64,000 nucleotides of DNA from Candidatus Latescibacterota bacterium (GCA_965203175.1 OZ241867.1:6400001-6464000); one strand, 5' to 3'. Numbered from the stretch's first letter, positions 1 to 10,216 are shown. A program made the numbers and translations. The notes: generated by a model not told the origin, from the sequence alone.

Positions 1-1698
1 GTCATCACCCTGACCTACAACATCGAAGACTTTTCCCCGAGTACAGAAGACGCCATCGACGATTTTCGCGAGATCGAGCGCATTGAGATCGGCCTTGTGC
101 TGGCCAACGACTACAAGGTCGAAGTGACCTCTAACAAGCAGACCAACAACCTCGGCACGCCCGTATTCCTGCCGGTGCTGCGCGCGGCCGGCAACGTCAA
201 GGACGGCTCGAATCAGGCATTTCACCGGTTCAGCTACGGCCTGCCGACCGGGACCCGCATGTTGGGCTTCGACCTCGCCGTTGCCGATCTGCAGGGCTTT
301 GACTTCCGGGGCGAGTTCGTCCGCAACTTTCAGTACCGCCGCTTTCCCAACGAGAACGTGGCCAAGGACCAGACACTGGCCACCAACAAAGCCCAAGCCC
401 TGTACGCAACCGCGCAGAAACGCAACTATCCCTATACGTTTTTCGCCGAGGTTTTCAGCATCGACGCGGATTACTCCACCCGCGCCTTTATGCCCAACGC
501 CGAGGGAAACGTGTATTACGATAACGAGCAGCGGCACCTGTACGAATTCGTCGATGACAACGACGATCAGGACGAGTTGCCGGACTGGACGCGGCGCACG
601 TTCGGCAGCCGCGTCAACACTCGGCAGGGGCAACAGTTGCTGACCGACGCCGCAGTCTTCCCAGGCATTGACGAGGACAACGACGACATCTCGGATTTCA
701 ACCGCAACTTCAACACCCAGCCCGACTACGAGGAGCCATTCTTGCGTTTTGATGTGGACCCGCCGGAGTTTTTGTTCGGCATGGACATGAACAGCAACGG
801 CGTCATCGACCGCTTCGAAGACGACGGGGAAGCCGATTACCCCTACAAGCTGGGCCGCCAGGGATTCAACACCTATGCCGCCGTCGAAATCCTGCCTCGT
901 ACGACCGTCATGGTCGGCTATCTCGACCAGCAACTGCTAGACACAGCCCGAGAAAACCAAGCCGCTTACCTACTGCTGACCGCTAAAAAGGAATTTCCCG
1001 AAAAGGACTTCAGCGCGTGGCTGATTGCCAATCCGCGCCGGGTCAAAGACGACATTCCCGACGACGTGCTGTTGTGGCGCGACCTGCCCGGCACGCGCGG
1101 CCGCTCGGTCTTTACCCGCGACCTCCTGCCCGCGCGCAACGCCTTCGTCAACACCACGTACCTCGAAGTACACTACGACCGCTTTCTGCCCTTGACGGCC
1201 AAGATCAAACACGAATTCTATCAGCAATTAGGCGATCAGGAAGACGAGTTGCGCGACCAGCGCTTCTTGGGCATCGTCACCAAAGGCGAATACTCTACCC
1301 ACATTCGCAACTGGATCTTGGTGCCCAAGTGGAAACAGCTTTACAACAGCCGGGTGCCGGCGCAGCGCAGTGCGCTCAAAATCCGCGAGCTAACGGAAAT
1401 TTTCTCGCTACAAGCCGTGCGCAGCATCAACCGCAACATGCGCTTCATCGTCGGAGCCGAGTACGAGCTGTTCAACAACCTCCGCCCCGAACCAGACCCC
1501 CTGCCCTCGGGTTACCTCCTCGACGGCACGACGTGGGTGCTCGCCAGCCAAGTCGCCAACGACTCCGCGTACCTAGGCTACGCCCTGACGACAAACGTCG
1601 GCGTGCGTTGGATTCGCAACAACCTCGACGGGTCGCCGGCTTCGTCCGAACTGTTGTCCTTCATCACGGTGTACGCGGGCTTGGGCACGGACCGCTAG
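1..1698 (+). CDS. Large hypothetical secreted/outer-membrane protein, 5'-truncated; paralog of 57405..60128
   Basis: Frame 1 is open from base 1 to TAG at 1696-1698. Shares VLANDY, GNV.D.SN, YGLPT, DNDDQD, PDYEEPFLRF, EFLFG.DMN and C-terminal YAGL motifs with the 907-aa ORF. Confidence 0.85.
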   Translation, partial: VITLTYNIEDFSPSTEDAIDDFREIERIEIGLVLANDYKVEVTSNKQTNNLGTPVFLPVLRAAGNVKDGSNQAFHRFSYGLPTGTRMLGFDLAVADLQGFDFRGEFVRNFQYRRFPNENVAKDQTLATNKAQALYATAQKRNYPYTFFAEVFSIDADYSTRAFMPNAEGNVYYDNEQRHLYEFVDDNDDQDELPDWTRRTFGSRVNTRQGQQLLTDAAVFPGIDEDNDDISDFNRNFNTQPDYEEPFLRFDVDPPEFLFGMDMNSNGVIDRFEDDGEADYPYKLGRQGFNTYAAVEILPRTTVMVGYLDQQLLDTARENQAAYLLLTAKKEFPEKDFSAWLIANPRRVKDDIPDDVLLWRDLPGTRGRSVFTRDLLPARNAFVNTTYLEVHYDRFLPLTAKIKHEFYQQLGDQEDELRDQRFLGIVTKGEYSTHIRNWILVPKWKQLYNSRVPAQRSALKIRELTEIFSLQAVRSINRNMRFIVGAEYELFNNLRPEPDPLPSGYLLDGTTWVLASQVANDSAYLGYALTTNVGVRWIRNNLDGSPASSELLSFITVYAGLGTDR

Positions 1699-1699
1699 C

Positions 1700-3058
1700 C
1701 TATTCAAACGCTTTCTCCAACGCCGCTGGAAACACCTGTATTTGACCTGCATACGCTTCGCGCAACTCGGCCAATAGCGCATCCATGGCCTCGGTTTCAG
1801 CCCGTTGCCGCAGGGCCGCGCGAATGCTCTCCCGCACAAAAGCAAAATCCACCACCTGGCCATCGGTGCGGGTAAACTGGTCGAGGTGCTGGTCGTAAAA
1901 GGCCCGCACGGCTGCGTCGTCAATTTCCCCGACCCGTTCGGCCTCGGCTTGGTAGAGCCGCTTGACCAACAGGGCGTCTCGTTCCCGTTCGACGCTGGCG
2001 CGGATATCCGCATCGTCGGCGATTCCCAGCTTTCGGGCTTCCGCCACCATGATCTGCTTGCCAGCGAGGTTATCCACGGCCTTGTACAGGCGCGCACTGT
2101 CGAGTTCGGCCGGATGCGGCGCACGACCCTGTTCGACTAAGGCGAGGTACTCCTGCGCTATGAACTGGCCGCCGCGCCAAGTAAGCAGCGGCGCGTCCCC
2201 TCCACCCCACTGCGTCGATTGCCGCGGAAGGGCGAGCAACTCGGCAAAAACCCCCGCGTCCAGCGCCAACTGATACCGCTGGCGCAGGGTGCCGACGTAG
2301 CGCTCCATATCATCGGCCCGGCTCTGCACGAGGGCCTGTTTCTCCACCCACTCGCGAGCCGTAGCAAAATCGACGGGGCGCCGCTCTCCAAGCCTGAAGA
2401 CGTGGTAGCCGCTCACAGTCTGCACGGGATCGGGATACACGCTGCCGATGGGCATGGTGCTAAGCGGCACCTTCAGCCCCTCGTACACCTCGCCGATCTT
2501 AAACCAGCCGACCCAACCGCCGGGGCCAAAGCGCTGCTGAATATTCTGGAGCGAATAAGGTCTGATCAGCGACTCAAAAGGCACCCCTTCTTCAAGCAGT
2601 TCGAGGACCAGACGAGCCTCTTCCTCGGTCGCGCAGACGATGTGCTGGCTGAGCACTTCCACGTCGTACTGCTGTTGGGCAAAAAACGCCCGCAGATCCG
2701 CGTCCGAAAACGAATACGACGCCTGCACAGCTTCCTGCTCGTAGAGCTTGTTCATCAGCGCCCTGCGCTCGCTCTTGGCCACGGCCTGAGCGATAGCCGA
2801 ATCGCGGTCGTACCCGCGCCGCAGGGCCTCGGCAATGAGCAACTCCCGCGCGATGACGCCGTCGAGCAGTTCCTGCTTACCCTGCTGATCCAGCTCCTCA
2901 ACGTGGCTATAGCCGGTCTCCCGCAGCTTTTGCGCTGTTTTCTCGAACTCCTCTACTGACATGCTCTTTTCGCCGATGCGCAGAACCGTCTCTTCCGCGC
3001 ACCAAGCCGCGCTGCCCAAGACGAGGAGCGCGAAAGTGCTAACTAGCGAGTATTTCAA
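1700..3058 (-). CDS. Parvulin/PpiC-type peptidyl-prolyl isomerase (SurA/PrsA-like foldase)
   Basis: Signal peptide; SurA-like N-region (LLDGVIARELLIAEA); rotamase motifs HIVCATEEEA, GG.VGW, GYHVF; the N-domain is repeated at the C-terminus. Confidence 0.8.
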   Translation of the reverse strand: MKYSLVSTFALLVLGSAAWCAEETVLRIGEKSMSVEEFEKTAQKLRETGYSHVEELDQQGKQELLDGVIARELLIAEALRRGYDRDSAIAQAVAKSERRALMNKLYEQEAVQASYSFSDADLRAFFAQQQYDVEVLSQHIVCATEEEARLVLELLEEGVPFESLIRPYSLQNIQQRFGPGGWVGWFKIGEVYEGLKVPLSTMPIGSVYPDPVQTVSGYHVFRLGERRPVDFATAREWVEKQALVQSRADDMERYVGTLRQRYQLALDAGVFAELLALPRQSTQWGGGDAPLLTWRGGQFIAQEYLALVEQGRAPHPAELDSARLYKAVDNLAGKQIMVAEARKLGIADDADIRASVERERDALLVKRLYQAEAERVGEIDDAAVRAFYDQHLDQFTRTDGQVVDFAFVRESIRAALRQRAETEAMDALLAELREAYAGQIQVFPAALEKAFE

Positions 3059-4738
3059 CTATTCCCTTTCTTCGCTTGTTTCCCGAATCACAATGCTCTG
3101 ATCGGCCTCCACATCCAGTAGCGTCTGCACCACGCCGCTAGGCCAATGAACTTGCAGCGTATCTACCTGCGCGTGGTTGCCCAAGCCAAGTATCAAACGC
3201 ACATCGTTGGAACCCATATAGCCGTAGCTCCGGCGGATCTCCCGCGTCTGCACCAAGTCGCCGGCCACGGCGCGGACGCGCGCGCCCAAGCCATCCCGAT
3301 TGCTCGCGGTTCCAACGGCCTCAATCATTAGATAGTGATTTGCATTGCCGCCATCGTTGCGCAGCAAGGTGCAATGCGGAGCGGCCGAATCCGAGACGAA
3401 TATATCCACGTCCCCGTCGTTGTCGCAGTCGCCAAACACCGCGCCGTGACTGACGCGCTCGACCAGCATCCCCGGCCCGCTGTGCTCGGTTACCTCGGCG
3501 AATGAACCGTCGCCCCGGTTGCGGAAGAGTTGGTTGCGCTGCGGATACGTGGTGGCTGGGTCGTATTCTTCCACGTTCTCGTCGAGGTGTCCATTGCTGA
3601 CGAACACATCGAGGAACCCGTCGTTGTCGAAATCGAAAAAGGCGGACGTCATGCCGAGATACGGCACACTCGGCACACCTAAGTTGGCCGCAAACGTGAC
3701 ATCCGTGAAGAACCCATCGCCGTCGTTGTGGTAGAGCGTGTTGGGCAGCCACTGGAAGGTCGCCACAATAATGTCGAGGAACCCGTCGTTGTTGTAGTCG
3801 CCCCAATCGGCCCCCATAGCCGACTCGGCCAACCCTTCCTCGTTGTACGCCACCCCGGCCTCAGCGCCATTTTCGCTAAACGTTCCGTCCCCATTGTTGA
3901 GGAAGAGAAAATTGGGCCGCTTGTCGTTGGCGACGAACAAATCGGCGTCCCCATCGTTGTCGAAATCGCCGAACACCGCGGCGAGTTGGCGACCCGAATC
4001 GTCGGCGAGACCAACTTCTGTGGTCACATCGGCAAAGCGGCTACCCTCGTCGTTGCGGTAGAGCACGCCTGCCTGCCCAGGGTACGTATTGGGGCCGCAG
4101 TAAATGCGCACTGTGCCGGCGAAGCACTCCTCGTTGTGATCCGGGTCGAACTCCATGTAATTGGCCGCGTACAAATCCAAATCGCCATCGCGGTCGTAAT
4201 CGACAAAAGCCGCGTGCGTGCCCCACCCTAAATCCCCGACCGCAGTTGCAACCGTGACGTCGGCGAAAACGCCGCCACTTTCGTTCCGGTACAATACATT
4301 CGGCCCGTAATTGGTCACGTACAAATCCGCATCGCCGTCGTTGTCGTAGTCGCCGACGGCCGCGCCCATGCCAAAGCCAGCGTCGCCCGTGCCAGCCGCG
4401 GCCGTGACGTCGGCAAAGGTTCCGTCTCGTTGATTGCGATAGTGCGCGTTGGGGCTGGTCGGGCCGCGATAACCGGGCATGGGCGCACCATTGACAATGT
4501 ACAGGTCGAGCCACCCATCGCCGTCGTCGTCGAAAAAGGCCGCACCCGAGCCGACAGCTTCCACCATGAACTTGTGACCGCTGGCCCCGTTGACATAGCG
4601 AAAATCCAGGCCCGCTTCCTCGGTAATCTCCACAAATGCGGCCCCAATACTGAGGCCGGAAAGCGGCGAAACCGGCTCGGCTGTGGCTAACGCGGCGAAC
4701 ACAACGCTCACCCACAGCGGTAAGATCCTCAGCATCAT
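3059..4738 (-). CDS. CRTAC1/ASPIC-UnbV family FG-GAP repeat protein
   Basis: Repeated D-x-D-N-D-G-D-x-D-L motifs and ASPIC tail (SNRDGLGARV, LGLG...V.WPSG). ATG at 4738 overlaps the upstream TGA and gives a signal peptide. Confidence 0.9.
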   Translation of the reverse strand: MMLRILPLWVSVVFAALATAEPVSPLSGLSIGAAFVEITEEAGLDFRYVNGASGHKFMVEAVGSGAAFFDDDGDGWLDLYIVNGAPMPGYRGPTSPNAHYRNQRDGTFADVTAAAGTGDAGFGMGAAVGDYDNDGDADLYVTNYGPNVLYRNESGGVFADVTVATAVGDLGWGTHAAFVDYDRDGDLDLYAANYMEFDPDHNEECFAGTVRIYCGPNTYPGQAGVLYRNDEGSRFADVTTEVGLADDSGRQLAAVFGDFDNDGDADLFVANDKRPNFLFLNNGDGTFSENGAEAGVAYNEEGLAESAMGADWGDYNNDGFLDIIVATFQWLPNTLYHNDGDGFFTDVTFAANLGVPSVPYLGMTSAFFDFDNDGFLDVFVSNGHLDENVEEYDPATTYPQRNQLFRNRGDGSFAEVTEHSGPGMLVERVSHGAVFGDCDNDGDVDIFVSDSAAPHCTLLRNDGGNANHYLMIEAVGTASNRDGLGARVRAVAGDLVQTREIRRSYGYMGSNDVRLILGLGNHAQVDTLQVHWPSGVVQTLLDVEADQSIVIRETSEERE

Positions 4739-5922
4739 CGGCCCATCTGCGCGGCGATTTGCTCGGCGGCCACGAGGTTGCGGCGGAGCTTGGGGTGGTT
4801 GGGCTGATAGCGCAGGCCGCGGCGGAAGGAGGCAATGGCGCGCTCGTACTCTTTGCGCAACATCTGGACATTGCCCAATCCCAAGTGCGCGAGGGCGTAC
4901 GTGGAATCGGCCCGCAATGCACGGCGAAACCGCTGCTCGGCTGCGGCCATTTCCCCCCAGCGGAAGTGGATGTTGCCGAGATTGTGGTGCGCGGGTGCAA
5001 ACGCAGGATCGCGGTCGAGTGCCTGGAGGTAGCGGATGCGCGCTTCTCGGTATTGGCCGCGCTGCCCGTACACAACAGCCAAGTCGTGGTACGCGCCAGC
5101 GTCGTCGGGGTGCGTCGCCAAGGTGTTTTTCAGTATGGCGATCCGCTCTTCGTCGTCGTCGAGCCGCTTGTACAGCGCGAGCTGGCGTCGCCCCTCTTCC
5201 TTCTGCCCGGAGCGCAGCAAGGCATTGCCGAGGTTGAAGCGGGCCTGGGCAAACAGCGAATCCAGCCACACGGCGCGGCTAAATTCGGCCACCGCCGCCT
5301 CGTAGTCGCGCCGGAGATAATGGCTGCGCCCCAAGCCATTGCGGAATTGAGCCGAGGTCGTATCTGCGGCTACGGCACGGCTAAAGGCTTGCTCAGCAGC
5401 CGCGTAGTCGTTTTGCTTGATATGAGCTTCGCCGAGGTTGAACCACGCCTCCCCGTACTTGGGCACGGCGGCAATGGCGCGCTGATACGCGGCAATCGCG
5501 GCTGGGTAGCGCCCCTCGCGGGCGTGCAGCAACCCCAGCACCATGTGCGCTTGGGCGCGGTCGGGCTGCTCCCGCACCGTCTGTTCGAGCAAGGCCAAGG
5601 CATCGTCGTAGCGGTCGAGGCGCGTCAGCAGGATCGCCAACTCGGTCCGCGTCTTGGCGTGGCTCGGCGCTAGGGCAATGGCCTGCTCGTACGCGCGGAC
5701 GGCGGCGGGCAGGGCCTCGTTTTTCGCCTGGGCCTCGGCCAACTTGCGGTAGAGCACTGCCGATTTTGCGTTCTGGTCAACGGCGCGCTCGTAGTGGGCG
5801 GCGGCTTCTCCGTAGTGGCCAGCGCGCATCGAGCGGTCGCCCTGTACTTCGTGTGCCGGGTCGGGTGCTTCCGCACAGCCGACAATCGCCAGCAGGAGCA
5901 GAGGGGGTCTGTACCAAGACAT
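4735..5922 (-). CDS. Tetratricopeptide-repeat lipoprotein
   Basis: Start MSWYRPPLLLLAIVGC (lipobox-like), followed by about 9-10 TPR units (e.g. AWFNLGEAH, ARFNLGNAL). Confidence 0.85.
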   Translation of the reverse strand: MSWYRPPLLLLAIVGCAEAPDPAHEVQGDRSMRAGHYGEAAAHYERAVDQNAKSAVLYRKLAEAQAKNEALPAAVRAYEQAIALAPSHAKTRTELAILLTRLDRYDDALALLEQTVREQPDRAQAHMVLGLLHAREGRYPAAIAAYQRAIAAVPKYGEAWFNLGEAHIKQNDYAAAEQAFSRAVAADTTSAQFRNGLGRSHYLRRDYEAAVAEFSRAVWLDSLFAQARFNLGNALLRSGQKEEGRRQLALYKRLDDDEERIAILKNTLATHPDDAGAYHDLAVVYGQRGQYREARIRYLQALDRDPAFAPAHHNLGNIHFRWGEMAAAEQRFRRALRADSTYALAHLGLGNVQMLRKEYERAIASFRRGLRYQPNHPKLRRNLVAAEQIAAQMGR

Positions 5923-5974
5923 ATTAAAAAGTATAGACCGAGCTAGTACTACCGACAAACTCACAGGACCATCC

Positions 5975-7264
5975 ATGGAACGAAGAGCCTTCTTCAAGGG
6001 AATCGCCGCAGCCGCAGCCGCAGCCCCGCTCCTTCCCGATGTAGCCGCAGGGCTTGCCGAGCGGCTCGGTACCCTCGGCCAAGATGTAGCCTCCGCCAGC
6101 AACGAGCGTGCGCTATGGCAGCGGGTGCGCCGAGAATTTCGCCTACACCCTGGCCTAGTGCATCTCAACTGCGGCAGTATTGGTGCGACGCCCCGCGTGG
6201 TAACCGACGCCCTGACCGCGTACCTCGCCGAGTTGGAGGGCAATCCGCTGGCCAATACCTGGGGCGGCCTCGGCAACGAAATGGAAACAGTTCGAGCCAA
6301 GGGAGCAGAGTTCATCGGAGCCGAACTAGACGAAATCGCGCTGACGCGCAACACGACCGAGGGCATGAACCACGTAGCCAGCGGCCTCGACCTCCAGCCG
6401 GGCGACGAAGTGCTGACGACCAATCACGAGCACGGCGGCGGCATGGTCTGCTGGCAGCACTTGGCGCGCACTCGCGGCGTGGTAGTTCGCTGCATCAAAA
6501 TGCCCAATCCCGTGCGCGATGCCGCCCAGATCCTGCAACTAGTAGAAGATCACCTGACGCCGCGCACCCGCGTGTGCAGCTTCTGCCACATCGACACCAT
6601 CACCGGGCTGCAAATGCCACTAACTGCCATCGCCGCCCTCACCCGCCCTCGCGACATCCTGCTGGTCTGCGACGGAGCACAGGCCCCGGGCATGCTCAAC
6701 GTCGACGTCAAAGCACTCGGCGTAGACACCTATGCCTCCAGCAGCCACAAGTGGATGCTTGCTCCCAAGGGCACGGGACTGCTCTACATCCGCAAGGACG
6801 TACAAGATCGCGTCCGGCCCGTGTTCACATATTCCGGTTACAACGTCTACTCCGCCTCATCCGGCACCCGCAACGTGCCACAAATCGTCGCGCACGGAGT
6901 GGCGATGGAATTCCACAACACCATCGGCCGCCCACGCATCGAAGCGCGCTGCCGCCAGCTCTGCAGCTACGCGCGCCAACGCTTGGCAGAAATCCCCCAA
7001 CTCACACCGATCACCCCGTCCCAGCGCGAGCTCTCCTCGGGCATCGTCAGCTTCTCGCTCACCAACGGCAGCCACAGCGAAGTCGTCTCCGCACTGCAAA
7101 AGCGCGACATCTTCCTCAAACCAGCGCAGGGCACGTACGCCTATGTAGAGGACGCTGGCGTGCCAAAGGAAAACTACAACGCCATCCGCATCTCCACGCA
7201 CATCTTCAACGACGAGACCGACATCGACCGCGCCATCGAGGCGTTGCAGCAAGTTCTCGGCTAG
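5975..7264 (+). CDS. Tat-exported class V PLP-dependent aminotransferase (cysteine desulfurase/isopenicillin-N epimerase-like)
   Basis: MERRAFFK twin-arginine signal; HLNCGS, RNTTEG, DGAQ, SSHKW (PLP lysine) and RIS.HIFN motifs. Confidence 0.9.
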   Translation: MERRAFFKGIAAAAAAAPLLPDVAAGLAERLGTLGQDVASASNERALWQRVRREFRLHPGLVHLNCGSIGATPRVVTDALTAYLAELEGNPLANTWGGLGNEMETVRAKGAEFIGAELDEIALTRNTTEGMNHVASGLDLQPGDEVLTTNHEHGGGMVCWQHLARTRGVVVRCIKMPNPVRDAAQILQLVEDHLTPRTRVCSFCHIDTITGLQMPLTAIAALTRPRDILLVCDGAQAPGMLNVDVKALGVDTYASSSHKWMLAPKGTGLLYIRKDVQDRVRPVFTYSGYNVYSASSGTRNVPQIVAHGVAMEFHNTIGRPRIEARCRQLCSYARQRLAEIPQLTPITPSQRELSSGIVSFSLTNGSHSEVVSALQKRDIFLKPAQGTYAYVEDAGVPKENYNAIRISTHIFNDETDIDRAIEALQQVLG

Positions 7265-7307
7265 TACGAGACGCCCGCGATTCCCGTAGGGGTCGTTCTC
7301 GCCACCG

Positions 7308-7335
7308 TGAACGAAATCGCGGCCTCATCCGTATA
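7308..7335 (+). promoter_or_regulatory. Putative ECF-sigma autoregulatory promoter (TGAAC-N17-CGTATA)
   Basis: Resembles the SigW-type AAC/CGTA consensus; lies about 55 nt upstream of the ECF gene. Confidence 0.5.
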
Positions 7336-7388
7336 AATAGGTGTAAACAGTCTCAGGGCCGCAGGCTAAAACTCGTCTGGATTCTCCT

Positions 7389-7916
7389 ATGGGATGGAGC
7401 GACGAAGCATTGATGGGAAATCTCCGCCGTGGAGATATGCAGGCGTTTGACGAACTCTACACGCGCCATCGCCAGCCCCTTTTCAATTTTATCTTGCGGC
7501 TCTTGCAGGACGCGGCCTTGGCAGAAGATGTGTTTCAGGAGACGTACATGCGCGTATTGGAAAACGCCGACCGCTTCAATCCTCGGGGCAAATTTTCAAC
7601 CTATCTCTATACCATAGCCCACAACCTGTGCATGGACGAACTGCGCCGCCAAAGCACAAACATTCCAGTCGAGCAAATGGTCGAGCCGCCAGTTCGCGAC
7701 CCCCAAGACCATTTGCTCAAGCGGGAAGACGAAGCCGCCGCCCACCAACTGCTCGCGGCCCTGCAACCCCACTTGCGCGCCGTCGTCGTCCTCCGCGTCC
7801 TGCACGATTACTCGCAGGAAGAGACCGCAAAAATTGTCGGGGTACCCGTCGGAACCGTCAAAAGCCGCTTACACCATGCCCTAAAACAACTGCGCCAAAT
7901 GGCACCGAACCCATGA
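7389..7916 (+). CDS. RNA polymerase ECF sigma factor
   Basis: SDEALM, AEDVFQET, FSTYLYTIAHN.C.D and VGTVKSRLH (regions 2 and 4). Confidence 0.95.
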   Translation: MGWSDEALMGNLRRGDMQAFDELYTRHRQPLFNFILRLLQDAALAEDVFQETYMRVLENADRFNPRGKFSTYLYTIAHNLCMDELRRQSTNIPVEQMVEPPVRDPQDHLLKREDEAAAHQLLAALQPHLRAVVVLRVLHDYSQEETAKIVGVPVGTVKSRLHHALKQLRQMAPNP

Positions 7917-8263
7917 ACCAAGACCACCGCACCATCCAAGAGATTCAAGCGCTGTTGGGCTCTGCACCCGAAGTGCAGGTGCCGCCTAGGCTGGACGAAG
8001 AAGTGCGGTCTAAAGCCGTGAGTTGGGCCCAAAAAAGGCAGGCCGAGAAAAAGCATCTCCACATCCCCCTTTACGGTAAAATCGCCCTGGGACTAGTCGC
8101 CTTGGAATTGTGCGCCCTGCTCTACGCCGTAGGCCCAAGGCTCGACATCGACCAGATCATACAGGCCTCCGTCATCGGCTTAGTCGGCTTGAACATAGCC
8201 GCGCTATTGACGAGCCCGATCATTCTCTTGCACCGCCAAAGAAGGGAGCTATCCCATGAATGA
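7913..8263 (+). CDS. Putative membrane anti-sigma factor
   Basis: ATGA overlap with the sigma gene; 116 aa, soluble N-terminus and two TM helices. Confidence 0.7.
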   Translation: MNQDHRTIQEIQALLGSAPEVQVPPRLDEEVRSKAVSWAQKRQAEKKHLHIPLYGKIALGLVALELCALLYAVGPRLDIDQIIQASVIGLVGLNIAALLTSPIILLHRQRRELSHE

Positions 8264-9167
8264 ACGCCTGAAAGACACTCTGCACCAATGGCTACCCAAG
8301 CTGACCATCTTGAGCGTGCTGGTTCTTCTCACATCTTCTCTGATCAACGAATACTACGTGGATCCAAGATACGACGCCGCTGCAAAAGAAGATCTCGACA
8401 AACGGCACCAGCACCTTCAGGAATACAAGGATAAAAAGGAGGCAAAGGCAGTCGCGCTTAAAGCCGCCTTAGAGCGGATCGTGGGCCTCATAGATACGCT
8501 CGACGGCAACAAGCAAACCCAAGAGACTCTGAGTAAAGCAGTGGCCCAAGAAGAAGTCATCGGCGAGGTGTGGGTGACCAATGCCCAGGGCCTCATTGTG
8601 TATTACGGCCGGCATATCCCCCCGGTGCGCAATGTCGCAGATTTTCCCCTTGGGTCCCTGGCTAAGATATTGAACATGGTCCCCGAAGATGTGATTTCAC
8701 CCATACAGCGGACCGCCATCCTATTGCCTACGATAATCGGGGGGCATTGGTCTAGGGTCTCGCCTACATTTTCCTCTTTAACTGTCGGCATCGACAAAAT
8801 CCCAAAGCACCTAATCATTTCAACGGAAGAACCCTTTACAATATACGGCGGTGAGCCTGTAGAAATGAACCGCGTCAAGGATGGCTTAATCGCCGCGACG
8901 GTCTCGCGGCAGCAGTATAACCCCCCGCTTCAGGAGAGAAGCGAGGAAAGCGAAAAGCTCAGTCTTTTGCGCAATACGACCGGAATTGCGGCCCTAGCCG
9001 GCTTCATCCTCTTCTGGCTCTTCATCCCTGCGTGGATGGCCTTGGACGCCCACAAAAGACGAGAAAAAACCGCAGTTTGGGGCATCTTCGGCCTCTTGGG
9101 CAATATGATAGCCTTGATCGTCTATTTGCTCGTGCGCGAAAACGGGCAGTCGTCTGGAAATTCCTAG
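8256..9167 (+). CDS. Membrane protein with periplasmic domain and C-terminal PLDc_N/YxlD-like hairpin
   Basis: N-terminal TM; C-terminus WMALDAHKR...WGIFGLLGN..ALIVYLLVR. Confidence 0.65.
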   Translation: MNERLKDTLHQWLPKLTILSVLVLLTSSLINEYYVDPRYDAAAKEDLDKRHQHLQEYKDKKEAKAVALKAALERIVGLIDTLDGNKQTQETLSKAVAQEEVIGEVWVTNAQGLIVYYGRHIPPVRNVADFPLGSLAKILNMVPEDVISPIQRTAILLPTIIGGHWSRVSPTFSSLTVGIDKIPKHLIISTEEPFTIYGGEPVEMNRVKDGLIAATVSRQQYNPPLQERSEESEKLSLLRNTTGIAALAGFILFWLFIPAWMALDAHKRREKTAVWGIFGLLGNMIALIVYLLVRENGQSSGNS

Positions 9168-9214
9168 CGAGCCAACGCGGCAGTCACCGGGAATCTTCAG
9201 ACGGCTGCTACGCC

Positions 9215-10213
9215 TCAGCGCCGATTGCCTCCTTCGGGTCCGATCTCGCCCGTACCCACCCCAACGCCCGTGAGCACTTCGCTGTAGCCGGGATAGGTAA
9301 CGGCGTATTGGAATCCCTCGTTGGTACCCGCTGCGCCAAAGCGGCCCTGCTTGTCGAGCGCCACGAAATTGAGGTGCAATTCCTCGACCGGACGCGGGTC
9401 GAGCGCGACGATGCGGCGGATGGTCTCGACGCAGGCTTCCTCCGGGTGTAGCCCTTGGCGCATGTACTCGACGACGAGGAAGGTCGCGCAGTAGCGCATG
9501 ACATTCTCGCCCAGACCAGTAGCCCCAGCCGCACCCACGCCCCCATCAACGTATAGGCCGCTGCCAATGATCGGCGAATCCCCGACGCGGCCCGGCAGTT
9601 TGTAGCCCCAGCCGCTGGTAGAGCAGCCGCCAGCGATCCGCCCCTCACCGTCGAGTCCAAGCAGAGCGATAGTATCGTGATTGTCAGCCGCGTCCTGCTT
9701 TTCCCGCCATTCCTCCCACGCCTTGTGCCTTTCTTCCGTAAGCAAATCGACGCTGGCAAAACCCTGCTCCAGGGCGAACTGCCGCGCGCCTTCGCCGACG
9801 AGCATGACGTGCTTGGTCTCGTCCATCACCCGGCGCGCCACCGAGATCGGGTGCAGGATTCCCTCGATAGCGGCGACGCTGCCAGCGCGCTGGCCCTCGC
9901 CGTCCATGATACAAGCGTCGAGCTGCACCACGCCTTGGGCGTTGGGTATGCCCCCCAACCCCACGGATGCATTGGAGGCGTCGGCCTCGGCAACGTGGAT
10001 GCCGCGCTCGACGGCGTCGAGGACCGAGCCACCCTGTTCGGCGATCCGCAGCGATTGTTCGTTGGCGGCTTTGCCAAAGGCCCAAGTGGAGACGAAGAGA
10101 GGGCGATCCGTGCTCATGGGGATATCCTTTTCTGCGCGCGCCGTCCCGGCGAGGGCGAGACCGCCAGCGGCGAACGCGGTCTCGCGCATGAAGCGTCGAC
10201 GACTCAGCGGCAT
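9215..10213 (-). CDS. Tat-exported N(4)-(beta-N-acetylglucosaminyl)-L-asparaginase (Ntn hydrolase)
   Basis: LSRRRFM signal; SVGLGG.P, LDACIMDG, HDT autoproteolysis site, GRVGDSPIIG. Confidence 0.92.
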   Translation of the reverse strand: MPLSRRRFMRETAFAAGGLALAGTARAEKDIPMSTDRPLFVSTWAFGKAANEQSLRIAEQGGSVLDAVERGIHVAEADASNASVGLGGIPNAQGVVQLDACIMDGEGQRAGSVAAIEGILHPISVARRVMDETKHVMLVGEGARQFALEQGFASVDLLTEERHKAWEEWREKQDAADNHDTIALLGLDGEGRIAGGCSTSGWGYKLPGRVGDSPIIGSGLYVDGGVGAAGATGLGENVMRYCATFLVVEYMRQGLHPEEACVETIRRIVALDPRPVEELHLNFVALDKQGRFGAAGTNEGFQYAVTYPGYSEVLTGVGVGTGEIGPEGGNRR

Positions 10214-10216
10214 GGC

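Noticed and set aside
4739-5269. N-terminal extension of the CRTAC1 ORF given in the ORF track
   Set aside because: Overlaps the TPR gene in another frame; the ATG at 4738 gives a signal peptide and translational coupling.
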